The position numbers and the translations under genes are program-made. Positions 26,444-40,127 of a stretch of 64,000 bases of DNA are shown here, one piece after another; position 1 is the first letter of the stretch, and each line of letters opens with the position of its first letter. The DNA is from Basidiobolus meristosporus CBS 931.73 (lineage: Eukaryota > Fungi > Basidiobolomycota). The notes beneath the pieces were generated by a model that was not told the origin of the DNA, did not search any database, and saw only the letters and a program-made list of their open reading frames with translations. Location: contig MCFE01000487.1 of assembly GCA_002104905.1 (NCBI GenBank), forward strand, positions 1-64,000, given 5' to 3'.

Positions 26444-28424
26444 GATCGTCGAATAGTCGAAAAGTAGCCGCTGTCGAGAAACGAAGAGTTCGTAGGCCCA
26501 AAGAAAACCCCAGGGACTTGGCGTCTGGTGAGGGCAATGCTGTCCTTCCGAGTGGTGGACACCGGGCTTATATACGAATAGGCGTGTGACTCTCGTGATT
26601 CATGACGGAGAGCTGAAAAATCCATGGAAATAGGGGACTCAGTCAGGGAAATTTGGGGATTTCCCAGCCATTCTGGACCATTTCATCACCAGAGACTGGC
26701 ATCCCGTGATGTTGTTGACAGGTAGCAAATGCCCGATTTTGGGGGCGGGATCAACGATTGGCTCGATACAAGGGAAACTGAGCACACTCGCAACGTGCTG
26801 GTCAATATGAACATTACGGTGGTCACCCACCACAACCGCCAATTTATCCATTCCGGGTTTCTCTCTGATTTGGATTCTGGTAACCCCCATCGTCGAGCAT
26901 AGGTATCCCGGCCCCAGCAATCGTACGGTCGGACTTGGTCCCTTTTGGCAGCAAGATGTAACAATCTCGCTCTCTCGTTGAGGTCACAGAAGCAAATCCG
27001 TAATAAAGCCTACTTGTCCAACAGCTTGAAGTACTACTAGGGATTGGATGCAAAAAGGGGAATCCCGGAAAGCGGGGTTGCTGGCTCGTTGATTTATCGA
27101 GTGAATCGACATATGCGGTGGGTGGATATGCGAGGTGGTTGCGGGTGGCCTAAGCATCCTCTCGGCATTCAATGGTCGCTGCTGACCTCTAATCCCATTG
27201 TGAACGCCAATCGCCCACACGCCGGAAGCTTTCCATATCTGTTGGTTGACCATAATGATTCTCCATGAATTCGAGGTGCTGAACAGCTTAATTTGAGTAA
27301 CCATGCTTGTCCAGTAAATCGTTGCGCGTCTGGTAAGCCTGAAGATGGTTCTCCGTGAATCACTGGTGCTCATCAGTCATCGTAACTCACCCAAATGAGG
27401 TGCACCCATGGAAGTAAATGTGACATGGAAAATCGATATCGAAATATTGAGATTACTGGTTGATCTACTGGTTAAGAATTGAGGGTGAATTCCTGTGACA
27501 GTTTTGTGCAATCCTCAATGGGAATCTATGTTAGTGGGGCGTCGAGTCTTTCGCACACTCGGCGGGCCCATGGGTGACTTCCAGATCTTCTCTCCTCTGC
27601 TACAGTGAGGAATGTTCACTCGAGGCTGCGATTCAATACCCAGAGTAATCGCTAGCCGCTTATTGTATATGAATTCATTGGACATGGGTAATTAGGCGCG
27701 GTATTAATAATCTGCAGCAAATTCATGAAGTTGAGATTTGTAGCACATCCAAGCACTTCAATCACTGCGTCCATAAGTGGGACCTGAAGTAGTGCATTCG
27801 GGTAGCCTCCATTGATTTGAAATACTTAAAATATACTCAACCGAGCCCATTTTGTACCTCTGATAGATCTTTTATGCTATCAATGGTTTCCTAATTCTAA
27901 CCCACTCTTAGAAACCTCATGGATATATGTCTCACGTGGGGAGCGTTTGCCACCATTTGTGGTCTTGGTCATGTACTATTTCATAAACAGAGTCTCAACT
28001 CTGTTGGGAATGAATTTTGCAGGTGTATCTTGTTGTTTACTCAGAAACATGAATATCTTGTAAAAATGTGACACCTTATAAGAACTACAAACACTGTACC
28101 TGACATTGCATGGCCTCTGACAGTATGTTCTAATGGTATGCAATGTTTGGCCTGGTTTGCAAAAGCAACACATGAATCAATAGGTGCTGGACTAGCAAAA
28201 GTATGGGATACAAGTCAGGGTGCATAATTGTTGTGCACTATGAATGCACATCTGATTGCAAAAAATTCTCACCTGTGGATATGAAAAGCTGCCTATAAGC
28301 ATTTGATGAACACTACGTAATTTTAACTTTCTTGTTACAAATTTCTGGTTTCTAAGTCACTGTGCATTGAGCTAGTAAATTCTTCTAGGTGATGTAGTAA
28401 TGGATGTTACTAAAGCTGAGGCAC

Positions 28425-29295
28425 TGTTGTAAGAGTTTTGGAGATACTGGAAGTGAATGGGTGTTATGAATAGACACAAGGCAGGAGGAAAAGCTAGGCA
28501 TGGCAGGAAAGGACTTAGGTGTGGACCATCAAGGCAAGGCAGGATTCAAGGCAAGGCTGTTTATTCAAGACCTGTGTTTATCAGACTGAGGAATACTTAA
28601 GGGGGGATAGGACTATATATACTTTTTGGCTATACTGATGCCAAGAGATATTAGCTAATACTAATGGGGTTGTGGGGTGAGGCACAGCAATGGTGCTGGG
28701 GATAATGACATAGATGACACGGCACTGAGACAGGATGGGGAAATGGATTGGGTCACCTGATCATGTGACTAAGTCATGTGACCTGGTATTTCCATATATG
28801 GTACTGGACTATGAAAAAAACGATGGAAAGCTTCCATGGAATGTTCCATTGTGTAACAATGGTTTGGAATGGTCAGGAACTTTCTGGAAGGTGGTAGAAG
28901 GTTCCAGAAGGAATCTCTTAGAAATTGAGCTAGGAAGCTGAAACTTGGGATGGGTGTTCATGGTTGTCATGTGATCATGACAATGGGAGCACAAGTAGAT
29001 TATGTGGTATTCACTTTATGATTTATTCAATGTGAAAGTAGTACTTATACTTTTACATAGTCTTGGCAAGATAAACATGTAGAATATGTTTAGAAGGCTT
29101 CCAAAAACATGTGTGCAAAGTTTGGGGCTGCTTGGACAACTTTGCAAAATCTCATGTTCTGGGTGCCCCATATTTAGTGAAAACATCAAGTAAATCCCAA
29201 AAAGATATTTGGTTAGAATTTTCTAAGACTTGTAGGTAATGATCTAAGTGACCAAGTTAGGTGAATGCTTAGGTGTAATTATAAAATTTACAACA
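28425..29295 (-). mobile_element. Copia solo LTR (reverse orientation) interrupted by a second LTR
   Basis: TGTTGTAAGAG...TTTACAACA; TSD GGCAC/GACAC (1 mismatch). Confidence 0.88.
28462..28982 (-). mobile_element. Chromovirus solo LTR (521 bp) with TSD ATGGG
   Basis: ATGGG|TGTTATGAAT...GATCATGACA|ATGGG; reverse complement closely matches the LTR at 61962-62490. Confidence 0.92.
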
Positions 29296-30095
29296 GACAC
29301 TTGAACTCATGATATAACAAAAGGATGCTTAGAAGTCATTTTCACTAAAGAGTCCTGCCAGAATTCACATATGTTGAGTAACTATTTAGCAGCACAATGA
29401 GAGCAAACTAAACTCAGCAGTGCACACTTTACAACTCTCTACTTGCAAGTTGGCATTTATTGGTTTTCTCTGGTAAGTCTTTGCTTCATCAGTCAACAGA
29501 ATCACCAACACCAATACTCAGTATTTTAATTGTCAGAATCAAATTCTGGCTGTTTCAAGCAAAGCTTGAAGTAAATGCAATGCAATAAAGGTTCCAATTA
29601 TGAGTAAGACTGGTTGCCTTATGAAAGATACCCTGAGAAAAAAACTAAGAAATGGCCAGTAGTATAACATCATCATATCAGCTGAATTCCAAGTTCCTCT
29701 GTGCTTACTACTTTCATTATCTCAGGTACTAGCTGTTTGGCAGACAAGCAGATATATCTTCCAGGAGGAGACCAAGCCAACTAGCATTTATACCTAATTT
29801 GGTAATCAGCTGCTCACTACTATCACCAAAGATTACAACTAAAAATTTGAAGGAAAAACCAGCTGAATACCAGGAAATTACCATAGGATTATTAGATGAA
29901 TTCCAATTTTGAGATTTTTTATAGGCATATATCAATCTTGATTTCATATGGTGTTTATTGGTATTCTCCAGGTGCTCTACTGGTACTGCTCAGGCAATTC
30001 TCAAGTGCAAATGTATCAGAAGTCAACAGTCTGACTATTATCATACTTGGTATGAAACAGCATAGGCATTACATTTTTGAGGGCATAGCTCAATC

Positions 30096-30437
30096 TGTTG
30101 TAAAATTTGTAATTACACCTAAATATTTACCTGACCTAGTCACTTAAGTCATTACCTACAAATCTTAGAGAATTCAGACCAATACCCTTGTCAGGATTTA
30201 CTTGGAACATTCTCACCAAAACATCAGGTGCCCAGAACATGAAATTTTGTTAAGTTGTCCAAACAGCCCCAAAATCTGCACACATGTTCTTTGGACCCTC
30301 TATATTCACATGTCTTTTTTGCCAAGACCATGTAAGAGTATAAATACTACTTTAATATTCAGTCAATCATTAAGTGAAAATCACATTATCGACTTGTTCT
30401 CCCAATCACTTCCAATGTCTCCAACACTTTTGCAACA
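30096..30437 (+). mobile_element. Degenerate copia solo LTR
   Basis: TGTTGTAAAATTTG...TTTGCAACA; no intact TSD seen. Confidence 0.85.
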
Positions 30438-33236
30438 CAGAATACCAGTAGATTATCAGATGAATTCCGACAGTATTTTAAGTTCGAGATTTTCCATGGG
30501 GATATATAACTCTCACAATCTGGAAATCCGATTTTATGGCAAAACTTGAGGTAAATATCAACAAATAGCTAAGCTCATACGCTGAGGCCCAACTGACATA
30601 GCCAGCACTGAATACTAGTGTAAGTACATGCTTCACAACAAATCAAACCCAGATAAGTTGTTTTTGCCTTTGGGTGAGCATTGTCTATGCCTGCAATTAA
30701 GAGTACTACCGACGATTTACAAACTTTGATGCACTAACTACTGAGCACAGCCCAACTATATCAGACTGAATGTGCTCTGGATGCTTTCAAGTGGAGATAC
30801 AAGCAAAATACCAAGGAAAAGTCCAAGTTTAGAACTCCTGCCAGGGTTCATAATCTCTGTTTTGCCACCTGTATTGCCAAGCCCAGATTACAGCAGGGGG
30901 CGCTTGATTGTGTCCACCGTTTTGGCACATCTACAGGTTAACCTGCAGATTTATTAAACCAAAGTTGAAGTTTATACAAATGCCTAAAGTAGCAATCACG
31001 ATCTGGGGCCACGTTTTCAGCGATGGTGGTGCTGAGTCAACTGATGGAGAGCAACTGTGTACATTCCTTTGAGCAGAGCCTATCACGTATACGAATTCCA
31101 GAAATACACAAAAGATAATTGCGTTCAAAATTGCTCGAGAGCCCTCCTACTTTGCATAACTCATTCCAAAGTCTGCAGTCGCAACGCTGGTGCTTCCTGG
31201 CCGCTTTAGGAGAAAGGATGCAGTTTTCACTCGGGCTGCCAGAATCATGCATGGTTTCCCATTCCACTTACTGTGCGTATGCTCAGTCACAAATGTAAAC
31301 ACTTGATTACGCCCTCACCGCCTGGTCATCTGGAAGGTTTTGACAGCTTGGTAGGTCAGAGTGCACTGGAACTGGTATAAAAGGCCATAAGGAAATAGTA
31401 TGTGTTGTCGAAGCTGAGGCGTTTACGAGTAGAGGGGTAGGAACGTACCGAGGTCGGTTGGCGCCTCATCATCATCCTCTGATGTGATTTTCAATGAATT
31501 CGATAAGGTGGACCGATCTGACACAAGTGCTGGGACCTGAACTGAACCTGCTGCGGGGTGCGAGGGGGGGGGGGGAGAAATTAATTGTTCGTCATAGCCG
31601 GATTCATACGGTGTAAATGACTAATGCATATTCCCAGGAGTAGTATCACGTGACTATGACTTACAGCCAATGACAACCAACTGCTGAGTAGCTGAAACCA
31701 AATTAATCATCAAAGAATAGATTTGGCCAATATTGACATCAGCATAACCAGCAATATCCGGTCTGCTACAATCATACGACCACCTGGTTCTTCACAGTTG
31801 GTAAGTCATAAGCATGGTGTCTACACAACCATATCGGAAGATGATCCACTAGATTGGGCATTGGTCAGTAAGGGAGGAATCGCAACGGTCAACACTAGCA
31901 ATGGGAGAGGGAGACGGCAGTGGCTCGTGAGCAGGTTTTAAAAGCTTTGGAGATTTATTGAATCAAGCTGAGATCTCATCAATATTTTAAGTATTTACCC
32001 ATCATCACAGTCACTGAGAATTGATGGAACGAGCAGGATTTTCTGTAATGGTTACCAACTCCGGCAAAGAGTCCTTCGGAGCACACCGCAGAGCAACCGC
32101 GCCGCCAAATTTAGAAAGTTGGGAGGTTGAGGGCATCTCTATCATGCTGCATATCTTCACCTATTTAGTATGCACTTACAAGGCAATTAGGCCTGAGCAT
32201 TCCGCCAAACAAGATGGCCAATACGTATTGATCAGAGATATGAGGCAATTTCAGAAATTAGGAATCGCCGGTCGTGTGCTGATTTTGCTGATTTTGTAAA
32301 TACAGGGTGAACTGCTATGCGATCTTTTTGGAAAGATGTCCATATGTGTGGATGAGGCCGAACCCAATCCAAGATCGTTGCGATGTCAAATAAGCTTAGT
32401 CAACCACACGTCACATTCAGCGCCATACTGAGTGTTGGTAGCAGCTGACGGCTAGAACCCTTGCGACATTAAGATTACTTTAAAGTTTGTTGCAACCTAA
32501 CCAACCCAAGATTAGCCTGAGGCCGATTACTAATGCGCATACCCCTACAAACCTGCTTCCCATTTACCCCTTTTGTCCAACCCTCTAGCACATTGTAAGC
32601 GGTCTACATATGTGTGCCACGACAATCCTTCTCAAGGTGTCACTAGATATGATGCTCAAATGGGTTAATGCCCGGCAATTATCCCCAATACATCGGCGAT
32701 TTGGTGGCCGCGCTGAAACTGAGGAATTCACGTTGTTGTGAAGATTATGCACCCACTCATTGCAATCTAGTGAGTTCAGATCTGTTAGACTCGGACAAGG
32801 AAGCTGGATCCCTTGAGCGGATGCCACTCGGCTTTACGCCTCTGGCCTACTTGGGTCAACTCCCACAAGCGTAAGACTTCGCGCCTCCGGCGCTTTTTGC
32901 TCCTTGCATTGGCCTGGTCACCTGTGTTTGTCTGTGTGACTGTGGACGATTAATAATAGCTGGCTTCGTATGGAGGAAATACCAGATTCTCAGCCATCAC
33001 GGCGCAAATAGATACTTGATTTAAATGGGTCTTTATCCGACTCGCTACCACTCTATTGGTCAACACGCGCCATTTTGGGTTGCACCCCGAATGCGGAAAA
33101 ATCGGTCAGCATTTAGACTCCCGTTATTGGTGGATTGCATCATCAACTAGGTTTGTGGTTGTGGTGTGGATTACATTCATCCACAAGAAGATCCAACCGG
33201 TTTTGGGGTATGTCTTAAGGTTTAGAATTGGTGGCA

Positions 33237-33360
33237 CCGAGCCTCGGTCAACAAGTTCACAACCTCCGAGGTTCGGACCGAACTGCTAGGTAGGGGTTTT
33301 CGGTTCCCTTGGGTGCCATTAGAATTATGCCAGCCAAAGTGATGTCTGGAGCGTATATAA
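33237..33360 (+). promoter_or_regulatory. MFS promoter: two CCGAnnnTCGG palindromes and a TATATAA box
   Basis: CCGAGCCTCGG 33237-33247, CCGAGGTTCGG 33266-33276, TATATAA 33354-33360, ATG 33423. Confidence 0.45.
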
Positions 33361-33422
33361 GCGGCCAGCCCTGTGTGCTCCTACAACGTTTAATCCGCTG
33401 GTCAACTATAAGCAGCGAAAGC

Positions 33423-35296
33423 ATGCAAAACGCCACTGAGAAGCTGGATAATTCGTCTTCCTACGAAGACACCCTCTCTAACACCAATGATCTTGAGAAA
33501 TACGCTTCCAAGCAAGTTGACAACGAGCAAAGCTCCCCGCCAACCCCCAACACCCAGTTCACTGAGCTGCCTCTGACCAGGCTGCTATTGATCTTCCTAG
33601 GTCTTTCACTAGCCATTCTTCTAGCGGGGCTCGATCAAACTATCGTCGCTACCGCCCTGCCCAAGATCGCCTCCGATTTCGGCGCCTTGAACCAACTCTC
33701 CTGGGTTGGAACCTCCTATATGCTGACCGCCACCGCTTGTCAGCCCCTTTATGGAAAGGTAGCCCTTCGAGTCTCTCTCACTTTGTAATCGTACTAACCG
33801 TCGCCTCACCTAGTTCTCGGACATTTTTGGTAGAAAGATTGCGTTTTTGTTCGCCATCATCATCTTCGAGATCGGCAGTATCCTGTGCGGAGCCGCCCAA
33901 AACATGGTGATGCTCATTGTCGCGCGTGCGATCGCCGGGGTGGGTGGTGGAGGAAGTAAGTGGCGTCATAGGCCCTTGTGGTTTCGGTTTGTCCTAATTG
34001 AACTTTTCCTTCAGTTCAAGGGATGGTCTTCATCATCATTGCCGAGATCGTTCCAATCAGGGAGCGCGGCAAGTATCAGGGTTTCATCGGGGCTACGGTA
34101 AGTGGGAATGGTGGTTTGTACCGGTTCGTGGCATTCGGCCTGACTGCTTCCTCTCTACTCTCCATTAGTACGGTATCGCGTCGGTTGTTGGTCCTTTGCT
34201 TGGTGGTGCTCTAACCGATCATGCCAGCTGGAGGTCAGTAACGTGTTGGTATCCGTGTCTGTTGCTCAATCTGATTACTGACTCCTCGCACAACAGATGG
34301 GCTTTTTACATCAACCTTCCGATAGGCGCCATCACAATCATCATTGTCTGCATATTTCTCCATCTTCCAACCGCCGAGTGCTCTTTGGTCGAGAAGATCA
34401 AGCGGATCGACTTTCTCGGTACCTTCCTGTTGTTGGGTAGCATCATCACACTTCTTCTTCCCACCCAATGGGGTGGAAACGATTATCCCTGGAACTCGGG
34501 GGTTGTCATTGGCCTGTACTGTGTTTCGGCCGTTCTCATCATTGCCTTTGTGGTTGTCGAGTATCGGTTTGCCACTGAGCCCATAGTCCCTTGTCGACTG
34601 TTTGGCATGCGCACTCCGTTGTTTTCCTTTATCACCATGCTGTTCTTCGGAATGACGTTCTTCGGACTGATTTACTACATTCCTTTGTACTTCCAAATCG
34701 TCCGCGGGGACTCGGCAACTACCTCCGGGCTAGAAATGCTCCCCATGATGCTGGCGACTTCCATCCTCAGTATCATCTCGGGGATCGTCGTCTCCAAAAC
34801 CGGGATCGTCGTGGTTTGGTGTTGGATTGGCTCGGCCTTGATGACCGTAGGCACCGGGCTCCTGATCCTCTGGGACGCTACGACTGGCCGTGGGGAACAG
34901 ATCGGCTTCTTGATCCTGGTGGGAGTTGGGGCGGGTTGCTGCATACAGACATTGCTCTTCTCCGGGCAGTCTGCCGTCACTCCTCGGGATATGGGGGTGG
35001 TCACCGCGTTGTCCACCTTCTTCCGATCAACTGGAGGCGTCCTGGGCATTGCTATTTTTGGTGCGCTGTTCAATAACAAAGTGACTGCTGGGCTGGAGAA
35101 GTTGGATCTGCATATATCGATTGAGGAGGCAAAGAACGACTTCCGCTTTATAAGAACCTTACCACCAGCCATGCAGCAAACTGTTACCGGAGTGTATGTG
35201 CATGCGCTCCAGACCATCTTCACCGTAGCAGTTGCCACAGCCGCAGTGACCTTCCTCTTCTCCTGGGGCATCAAGTATATCAAGATGAGAAGATAA
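33423..35296 (+). CDS. MFS drug:H+ antiporter (DHA2, 14-TM type), 5 exons
   Basis: Exons 33423-33758, 33814-33955, 34015-34097, 34169-34233, 34297-35296; motifs LDQTIVATALPKI, LYGKFSDIFGRK, ARAIAGVGGGG, WRWAFYINLPIG. Confidence 0.93.
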
Positions 35297-35634
35297 TAGA
35301 ACGCGATTCACATAATATATCTATAATAATCTGTATGCTTAACCTCGCAGCGCTATACCCCCATTCCATTGCCAATCCCTTCACCATCTCCAACTCATAC
35401 ATCAATAAATTGCACATAATCATGATTCATATCTTCCATTCGATTGTTGCACTGATAAACAGAGATTCAGTTGCTGCAGTCTTAGATTAATCGAGATTGA
35501 TCTCTACCTTCAAAATGCGATCAGTGAGGAATCGGCTGAATATGGCCATCAAATGTCTAGAAATGCCATGTGCATTCGGAAAAATCAGTGTTTCTCGCGG
35601 TCCTTCATGTACAATTTTTTCATTCTTGCTCTCC

Positions 35635-37869
35635 ATGTCAGACACAGCTACAGCCACGCAAGAGCCGGCGCCCAGGAAAAAACTTCAACCAGCTTGTAAC
35701 GACTGCCATAGAAGGAAGGTCAAGTGCACTTTTGAGCGACCGCAATGTTCCAATTGTAAGCGACGCGGTAACAAGTGTTGGTATCCGGAGAAAAAGCAGA
35801 AGAAGCAAGCCACTAAAGCCGACTCCGATTCCTTGGTGGAAGAAAGGCTTAAGAGATTGGAGAGCTTATTACTAAACGCAAACATACAGCCCGGTGCCAA
35901 TAGTAGCGAGCCTACTAGCCCTGCTGACCTCACCGCCCCGAATGACACTGATTTGAAACACAAAAACGCATCTTTCTTCACGCTTCCTGAAAAGTCCACG
36001 AGGGGCCTCGAAACCAATGTGATCCACCACTTGGATCGTCGTCGGTTTGTCATCAAAGACGGCCAGATGCCTCAACAAGAGATCCGCGAGCGCCTGATTG
36101 ATCTCTATTTCAAAAAACTTCACCATCTGCAGCCGCTAATTCACCCCAAGACCTTTATGGAACGCGAGAAGCAAGGAAAAAATTCCGACCTTTTGATATT
36201 GGCTATTTGCGCCACCAGTTCGATTTTCCTGGAGGAGGTGGAGGGAGTATCGGACACGTCCTGTTGCTCAGGAGAGCCCTTCGCCTCGAGAGCGCAGCAC
36301 ATTATCCAAGAAAACCTGATGAAGCCGTCTCTAGAGACCATCCAGGCACTAGGCACGCTTTTCGTGTACGAATTCACCGCCGGAAACTTTGGCATCAGCC
36401 AGATGTACCTAGAATTGGCGTTCCATTACTTGAAGCTGTTCAGGATCTATCGTCTGGACGAGGACTACCAGGACGATACGCTGCTTACCCCAAGCGACTG
36501 GGTAGAGAAAGAAACCAAAAGGCGAATTTTCTGGTTGACCGTGATTAAGGATCGCATATTTAGTTGTGAGATGGGTATACCACAGCTGGTCGACCTATTT
36601 GATTGCGAAGTGCAGCTGCCGTGCGAAGAATATTACTGGGAAAACAGCTTGCCAATCTTCAACGCCGAGAAGATGGACTCGGATGAGGAAGAAATGGCCC
36701 TTGGCATGTCGCTGAAGCCCACAAACGCCACCTCTTCGCAGTCCAACCAATTCAGTATCAAGCTGAAGATTATTCTGATACTCGGCCAGATCAGTCGCTA
36801 TGCAAATCGACCGAAGACCAAACGAATTCTCTCCAAACGCTCGCTAACTGCTCGCTTCACCTTACTCGAGTATGCACTTTCCGCGTGGTGGCAGCATTTG
36901 CCGGCCGATGTGAAGTCCGAGAGCGGTCTGAATGCTGACACCGCTGCATTCGAGTTGATCCAACACTACAAAGTTCTTTATTACGGGGCGACAATCTTAT
37001 TGCATCGGACGTATCTCGCACATATGGCCCATCTATTCAACAGCGCCTCCCCTCCCCTCCCCTCCTCCTCCTCACAAGACACTAATGTATCTGTTCCGGA
37101 ATCATGCCTAACTTCAATGAACAAATGCACATCCACTGCATTTGCTATTACACAGATCATCACCCACTTCAATTCGTTCAACCATTCGTATTTCAACTTA
37201 TTCTCGTCACACGCTGTATTCCTTTCATCCACCATTCATCTAAACAACATGTTCTCCTCCACCGGCGAGCTTGCACAACGATCCAAGGAGGCGTTCGACC
37301 TCAATTTCAAGTTTCTCCAAGATATCCGGGGATTCCGACCACTAACAGAGTTTCAGCTGGAGGTGCTCAACAAACTAAAGTTGGTCTGCTCGAATATCAA
37401 TCGCCGTACGGACTTGAGGCAACATCCAGGCACTATATCGATGCAGTGGATTGCTCCGACATCAACCGGGGCCATCACATGGCAAGATACTTTGGAGGAG
37501 GCATTCAAGCGGTATTGTAGCACCTCCTTCCGGGATTTCGCTGCAACCTCCTCTGACCCGGTAGATAGCTTCCCCTCCTCTCCCGACAATCCGTTTAGAG
37601 TTGGGTTTTCGCAAGACGTTATTCCTCTTCCCGAACCCAACCCTGACTTGAATGGGCATCAACAATGCTTTACCTACAACCCCGGTGATTACAACTCCAG
37701 CCAAGCCACTGCATTTTCTTTGGACAACAATTGGAACACGAATCCTGATCCACTCAATTATGACCAACTACTGATTGAGAAAATCTACCAGGAATCTGGC
37801 CTTTCATCGGACTCGTTCGACTTTTTCCCACTGTTCAATAATATGAACTCAACAAACACCCAACTCTAG
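35635..37869 (+). CDS. Zn(II)2Cys6 transcription factor with a fungal-specific TF middle domain
   Basis: ACNDCHRRKVKCTFERPQCSNCKRRGNKC; YFKKLHHLQPLIH..F and KETKRRIFW..DR motifs; intronless; first ATG at 35635. Confidence 0.93.
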   Translation: MSDTATATQEPAPRKKLQPACNDCHRRKVKCTFERPQCSNCKRRGNKCWYPEKKQKKQATKADSDSLVEERLKRLESLLLNANIQPGANSSEPTSPADLTAPNDTDLKHKNASFFTLPEKSTRGLETNVIHHLDRRRFVIKDGQMPQQEIRERLIDLYFKKLHHLQPLIHPKTFMEREKQGKNSDLLILAICATSSIFLEEVEGVSDTSCCSGEPFASRAQHIIQENLMKPSLETIQALGTLFVYEFTAGNFGISQMYLELAFHYLKLFRIYRLDEDYQDDTLLTPSDWVEKETKRRIFWLTVIKDRIFSCEMGIPQLVDLFDCEVQLPCEEYYWENSLPIFNAEKMDSDEEEMALGMSLKPTNATSSQSNQFSIKLKIILILGQISRYANRPKTKRILSKRSLTARFTLLEYALSAWWQHLPADVKSESGLNADTAAFELIQHYKVLYYGATILLHRTYLAHMAHLFNSASPPLPSSSSQDTNVSVPESCLTSMNKCTSTAFAITQIITHFNSFNHSYFNLFSSHAVFLSSTIHLNNMFSSTGELAQRSKEAFDLNFKFLQDIRGFRPLTEFQLEVLNKLKLVCSNINRRTDLRQHPGTISMQWIAPTSTGAITWQDTLEEAFKRYCSTSFRDFAATSSDPVDSFPSSPDNPFRVGFSQDVIPLPEPNPDLNGHQQCFTYNPGDYNSSQATAFSLDNNWNTNPDPLNYDQLLIEKIYQESGLSSDSFDFFPLFNNMNSTNTQL

Positions 37870-39827
37870 ATAATTGCAATAAAGATCTTTGCGGTCAAGG
37901 AATGTCAGCTTGTATACAGTTGGGTGAGCGTACGGCATGCCAAGTCCTGGAGGCAGTTGCATCCGTTTGTAGACCCTGAAAACCAAAAAATATGGACTTT
38001 GCGTAAGACATGCTTTGATATGTCTCAGAATTCCTATGAAGCTCTTGTTTCTGAAGTCACTTGCTTTTCACAGAGCATACACATATCTTTCCAAGCGCTT
38101 CTATGAAGCAGCCACAAATTTATCCTTGGTGAAATTTAATAGGTGAACTGGGGGAAGGGGTGGGTGTTTTAGCCATTGGTTTCCACATACAGTAACTCGG
38201 CAGAAAAATACAGAAGCCTAGAAATAACCTGGAGTATGTAGGGAGGAAATACCAAGCATTCTCCAACGAAGAAGCGCATACATTCCTATCTCCACTTAAT
38301 CCAGTGTATGCAGGGCCTATAATATATTGTCTCGTTGAACGACAAGACTAGAATAATAATAACTAGCTATAAAGTATAAAGTAGCTCGGACTGGCTCTCC
38401 GAAGAGCATACCTCCTGATCTACCGGAACAGGTTCAACTGCATTTTCCGGCAGGCCAGCTGGTTCAACAACACACTTTCTTCGAATCTCCTTCGCTCAGT
38501 TTTGGCGCTAATGGCGCTTGTCCGGTCGCCCTCGGTCAAATGGAAATGCTCTAACCTTCTCCTCATAAGTCGAAGTCAACCCCACCTACAAGGGAACCCC
38601 TGACTACAACATGGTTTCTCATCGGGCCCAAGTCGCTGCCCTTATCCTTGCCGTGGGTACGGAAGAGGAGGAACAGTGCAAACTGTCAAGGCCGGTGGAA
38701 GCCTCTCAGTTGAAATCGGTAGAAGGACTACTCACAATCATTAATCGTGATAAAGGTTAAAATGACACATTTTATGGGATTTCAAGCCAGGTTTATCTGT
38801 GCACACAAGAATGGCACGGTTCTTGTTTAAACCAGGATTTCATAGTAGCTAGTTCCTCAGCTGCTCAGTTCATATAATAGCCGCCTTATACCCTCGTAAA
38901 TTTATGGGATTTACATGAAGTGTTTACTCACATGCATGCACAGGCTATTAGTGGAGGTTTAGCTGAGTCATGATATATTACACCAACCATCTGCACTATG
39001 ACTCAGAGCCAGGTATGCCTGACTTCAATATAACTGACGTACGTCAAGGCGTTAGATACACGGCCTATTTGTTTTCATTTTAATACATACATCATCCTTG
39101 ATTCACAACTACTAATATACTTCAGTCGTTTTGAATCAAAGGATTGGAATCATTCCGGATGGGGGATATCCCAAGAATCAAGATTCCTGTGCCATATCAC
39201 AATTGGGTGATCAATGGTGACACGAGAGCTAGGATTGAACCTGACAGAATCCTTGAGCAGTAACCACGATCAACATTCGAAGCATATTATGTAGCCTACC
39301 ATATTATATATTTCCTTGTGTATGCAGCCGTGGCTTAAGATGCGCTTTATTACTGCTACCAAGGCCTTTTCATCTGTTCATACCCCTTTACTGCTTCAAT
39401 CGCTTGTTCTCCACAAGTATCTGTGAATATAGAAGAATCCGTTATCGCAGCTCGTCATGCTCATATTAAGTGAACAACCGCTGCCACGATATCCAGGTTC
39501 AACCCACTGCTGAAACGTTATCCAAGTCTCATTGTTTTGACTGGTGTTCATTATTATTGCCCTCCAAAGGTTGAGGCGGACAAACGATATGCAGCAGGAT
39601 CGGTTGAAACCGAATCTAGGTTAGGATAAGGTGACGTATCTTACTTTTGCTATTCATACATCTAGCATCAACCTAACAATCCGATGATAATTTAAGGGTG
39701 ATAAATATGTTATTAAATGCTGCCACACTCGACTTGCTAGCAAAAATCGATCCGGTATGGATGTTTTACAGTGATTCAAGTACTGAATCACCAAGATTAT
39801 TTTGGACACAATATTAAATAATGATAG

Positions 39828-40127
39828 ATGGTGCTTACGTTGCTGAACCTGTCTGGTGACTCCTGCTATGGAATTACGGTGGCTGTTGATCAGTATATAA
39901 ATGGAGGGGTAAAGAAAGATGCTGCAGAAAACGAGTGCAGTAATTCCTCATTAAAAATGACTACTGAAGGCGGCGGCATCTTGACAGGAACTGGCTGGGC
40001 CGATACTGAGACTATCTGGTATTGCATATCATGTGATACGGCGAACTCGTACGACGACCCTGCATGCTTAGGGTGCAAAAAGCATACAAGACCACCAAGG
40101 CCTAGCCAACGAAAAGCTAAGAAATAA
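39828..40127 (+). CDS. ORF or terminal exon with a RanBP2/NZF-type zinc finger
   Basis: 40017-40076 encodes WYCISCDTANSYDDPACLGC = W-x-C-x2-C-x3-N-x6-C-x2-C; basic C-terminus; true 5' end uncertain. Confidence 0.6.
   Translation: MVLTLLNLSGDSCYGITVAVDQYINGGVKKDAAENECSNSSLKMTTEGGGILTGTGWADTETIWYCISCDTANSYDDPACLGCKKHTRPPRPSQRKAKK

Noticed and set aside
35497-35634. N-terminal extension of the Zn2Cys6 ORF
   Set aside because: The ORF track starts at TTG; the ATG at 35635 puts the Zn cluster at the usual N-terminal position.
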